Made by a program: the position numbers and the translations under genes | DNA from: Hydrolagus affinis | Lineage: Eukaryota | Direction: 5' to 3' | DNA: 64,000 nucleotides | Assembly: GCA_012026655.1 (NCBI GenBank) | Contig: JAAILG010000005.1 | Location: forward strand, 1 to 64,000 | The notes under the pieces: generated by a model | Told to the model about the DNA's origin: nothing | The model's database searches: none | The model's input: the letters and a program-made list of their open reading frames with translations, nothing else | Part shown: in pieces, positions 61,261 to 64,000 of the stretch | Numbering within the stretch: the first letter of the stretch is position 1 | Layout of the letters: each line of letters starts with the position of its first letter

Positions 61261-64000
61261 ACATTATGGGACGAGTAACTGATGTTCTTGGGAAAAGTTC
61301 ACTGGTACTGACACAAGATGCACTTGACTTTTGACCTCGATTTCAAAGGCACCTGTGTGTGCTTTTAAAATCCGCTACGACCAATTATCCACTTTTAATC
61401 TAAATTGTTTAAACCCTGAGACACATTAACTGGCCTTAGTACACAGCCATGTCATTCTGGATTTCCTGATGTAAAGAGATCTCTTGACACAGTTAAAAGG
61501 GAATGTGGGGATGGGGCGGGAGATTAATCAGTTTTCCCCACTGACAGCTCCAGACAAAGCAGTCTTTCAGACACCTGGTTTGCATCTCACACACCTGCAG
61601 TGAGATTGTGGATTGATTCTTTGTACTATTGCCTTGATCCCTCCATTTACAGGTACATTAAATTCCTTTAAAGCACTGCCTGCAGTCGTAACTACCTCAG
61701 TCAATTGCCAGTTTTTAAAAAAAAACACTTTTCGATTTCATCTTCCGCTACAGCTGTTTAGCACGCAAATAAGATACTTAAGATTAAGTTAAGTAACTGC
61801 TCTTTGTGTGAGGTACACCTCTCCAATTTATGCTCTAAGCATGCATTCCTCACTAATAATAGACACTTTCATTCATTATTGCCCACCATCCCTCCCATAA
61901 AACTCCCTAGAATCATCTGTGAAAGATTTTAAAAATCGATTTGAACGACATGTAAAAGAACACCCAAAGCATTGCCAAAATGAGATTAGATTCCTCTGGG
62001 TGAAAGTGAGCAACGATTTTCCTATTGTCAATAGTTAGCAGTGCTGCTAACTCACATTTAATAGAACTTTAACACTGACGCAACCTCCCAATACAAATGT
62101 AATGAAAGTAGAAACTTTTAGTTTAGACACTGGAAAGGGGAAAATAAAAGAAATCCAACCTTTATGTGAATCAGTAATGATTTAGATTGTAACAGTTCAG
62201 GAAAATCCCCAACAAAGCATTACATTACGGTTTCTGATGGACTAGGGAAGATATTCTGTCCAGTTTATCAGTCTACTTTAATACAGTTCATCTAAAGATG
62301 ACATAATTTAAAGTTAAATACAATTTACATTTAAATTCAAGCACCTGTCGAGAGGCTGAATTGATCCAATTTTTCCATTCCTCACACGCACACACACACA
62401 CACACGCATACTCTTTTCCTTTTTTGAGGTTAGTAATGCATATTAAGAGTTCCACAGACACTGGCTACACAATGAGTATTAAAAGGCACGTTTGCCCTTG
62501 AAAGTATCGTAGCCAAGCCCAACCCTTGGCATCAACCAATATTAGCATAGTCAAGGCTAATATTCCAGTGCAGTGCTGGAAAAATACTGGGTTTGTCAGA
62601 GGTGCTGTCTATGGATGAGATGTTAAACCAAGGTGCCATCTGTTTTATCTGGGTGGATGTTTAAAAATCCAAATATTGTTAAAAAAAACCCAGGTAGGGG
62701 GATTCATATTTTTATTAATTTAAAACATTCAGCCTTTTTGTGCCTTTGTTGATATAAACAAGAGACTGCCATGAAGGATAATATGATTAAATACGATTGA
62801 TGTTGAAGTAATATATCAATGCTTATTTATTCTATGTATGAAAACCAGCAAAATCAATAACAGACAAGCACGATCATCTGTAGTAAATCTGGAACATTTT
62901 TTGACTAACACTGTTTGACATTTATTTTTTGCAGCTTATAGCATGACACGGCATGATTACTGCAAATTGCTTAAAGACAACTGGGAATGTGGGGAACAAG
63001 TTCTCTACAGGGAGATTATTAATCTGAGGAACCAACAACGTATTTTACAATGGCATCAAGGCAATTTATTTGTCACTAAGACTTGGACCTGCATTTATCA
63101 AAAGAAAGACAACAGCATTTTTCAGTCAAATCAAATTGCGCTTTTACCAAACTATCTGCAACAGTACAGTTTATTCAAAGAAGAACTCTCAAGGCGATTG
63201 GCAGCTCATGCAGTCAACGTGTTTAACCCAAACTACAACCATTATGGTTCAGGAACTTTGGGTAGAAGGGATAGATTAAACATGCAGACTTGCTCAAGTG
63301 AATTGTTCCTCCTATGAAAAATACCAGTGCTGAAGTCTAGTACCATTGCTTGTCCTCCCATTGTCAGATGGAGAACATGCAGGGATCTGCAGGTTGGCAT
63401 CAAACTACATTGGACTCAAATAAATGAAGCCCTTTGCATTAAGTAGTCTCAAAACATTGCTTGGTGTTGTACAAGTGTAATTTTGTTGTTGTTGTTGTTG
63501 ATGATGTTGATAAATACTCAAACCCAAATCTTTTCTTTTAAAAAACAAGGAGTTTTTCAGGTTGCCTACTTTTGGCTTAGAGCACCTTTAACACCTTTCC
63601 TTAAAACTGAGTTAGGGTGATACAGTAAACTTGGATTGCAGTAGATGCTCAACTGATCATCTTAAATCATATGCTTTGTTTCACTGCATGTTTGGAACTC
63701 ACAATTACAGCTGTATGCTCTTATAAACCCAAACATTTTTGTCAGTTTACATATTTATCATTATATTAAGAGTCTGTTTTCATGTATGTCTCCACTTCAC
63801 CAGCTGACCCCTACATTATGAATTTGATCCAATAAATTAGTCACTTGGGCCTTACGTGATGTTATACGCAGACCCACACAATCCTAGTGAAGGCTTTACT
63901 GTAACAGTTAGACGTGAGATATCTAGCCCAGATTGTTTTTGACTCTGAGTGACAATATATCATTGGTGCAGTCTTGCTAGTTTTTCTTTAACAAGTCCTT

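Overview
Vertebrate genomic DNA, AT-rich and repeat-rich, with one 100-N gap. The repeat repertoire suggests a cartilaginous fish, probably a chimaera (inference). Bases 1-21.4 kb hold the 5' part of DDHD1 (PA-preferring phospholipase A1) on the minus strand: six coding exons that splice in frame with canonical GT-AG sites, and the gene continues off the left edge. Intron 2 holds a candidate in-frame 102-nt cassette exon and a candidate 27-nt stop-containing micro-exon. The promoter is a CpG island followed by a polypyrimidine tract and a CA-rich minisatellite. Bases 22-64 kb contain no recognisable host gene; in other vertebrates this side of DDHD1 is the gene desert leading to BMP4. Throughout the window there are a young tRNA-derived SINE, older DeuSINE-like and AmnSINE2-like SINEs, L2, CR1 and Tx1 LINE fragments, several MITEs and Penelope-derived fragments carrying minimal hammerhead ribozyme folds. 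I see no clearly new multi-gene system. The best leads are the hammerhead relics, the DDHD1 alternative and poison exons, SINE modular evolution, several strong palindromes, and candidate CTCF and enhancer sites. Repeat family names come from recalled consensus sequences, not from a search.
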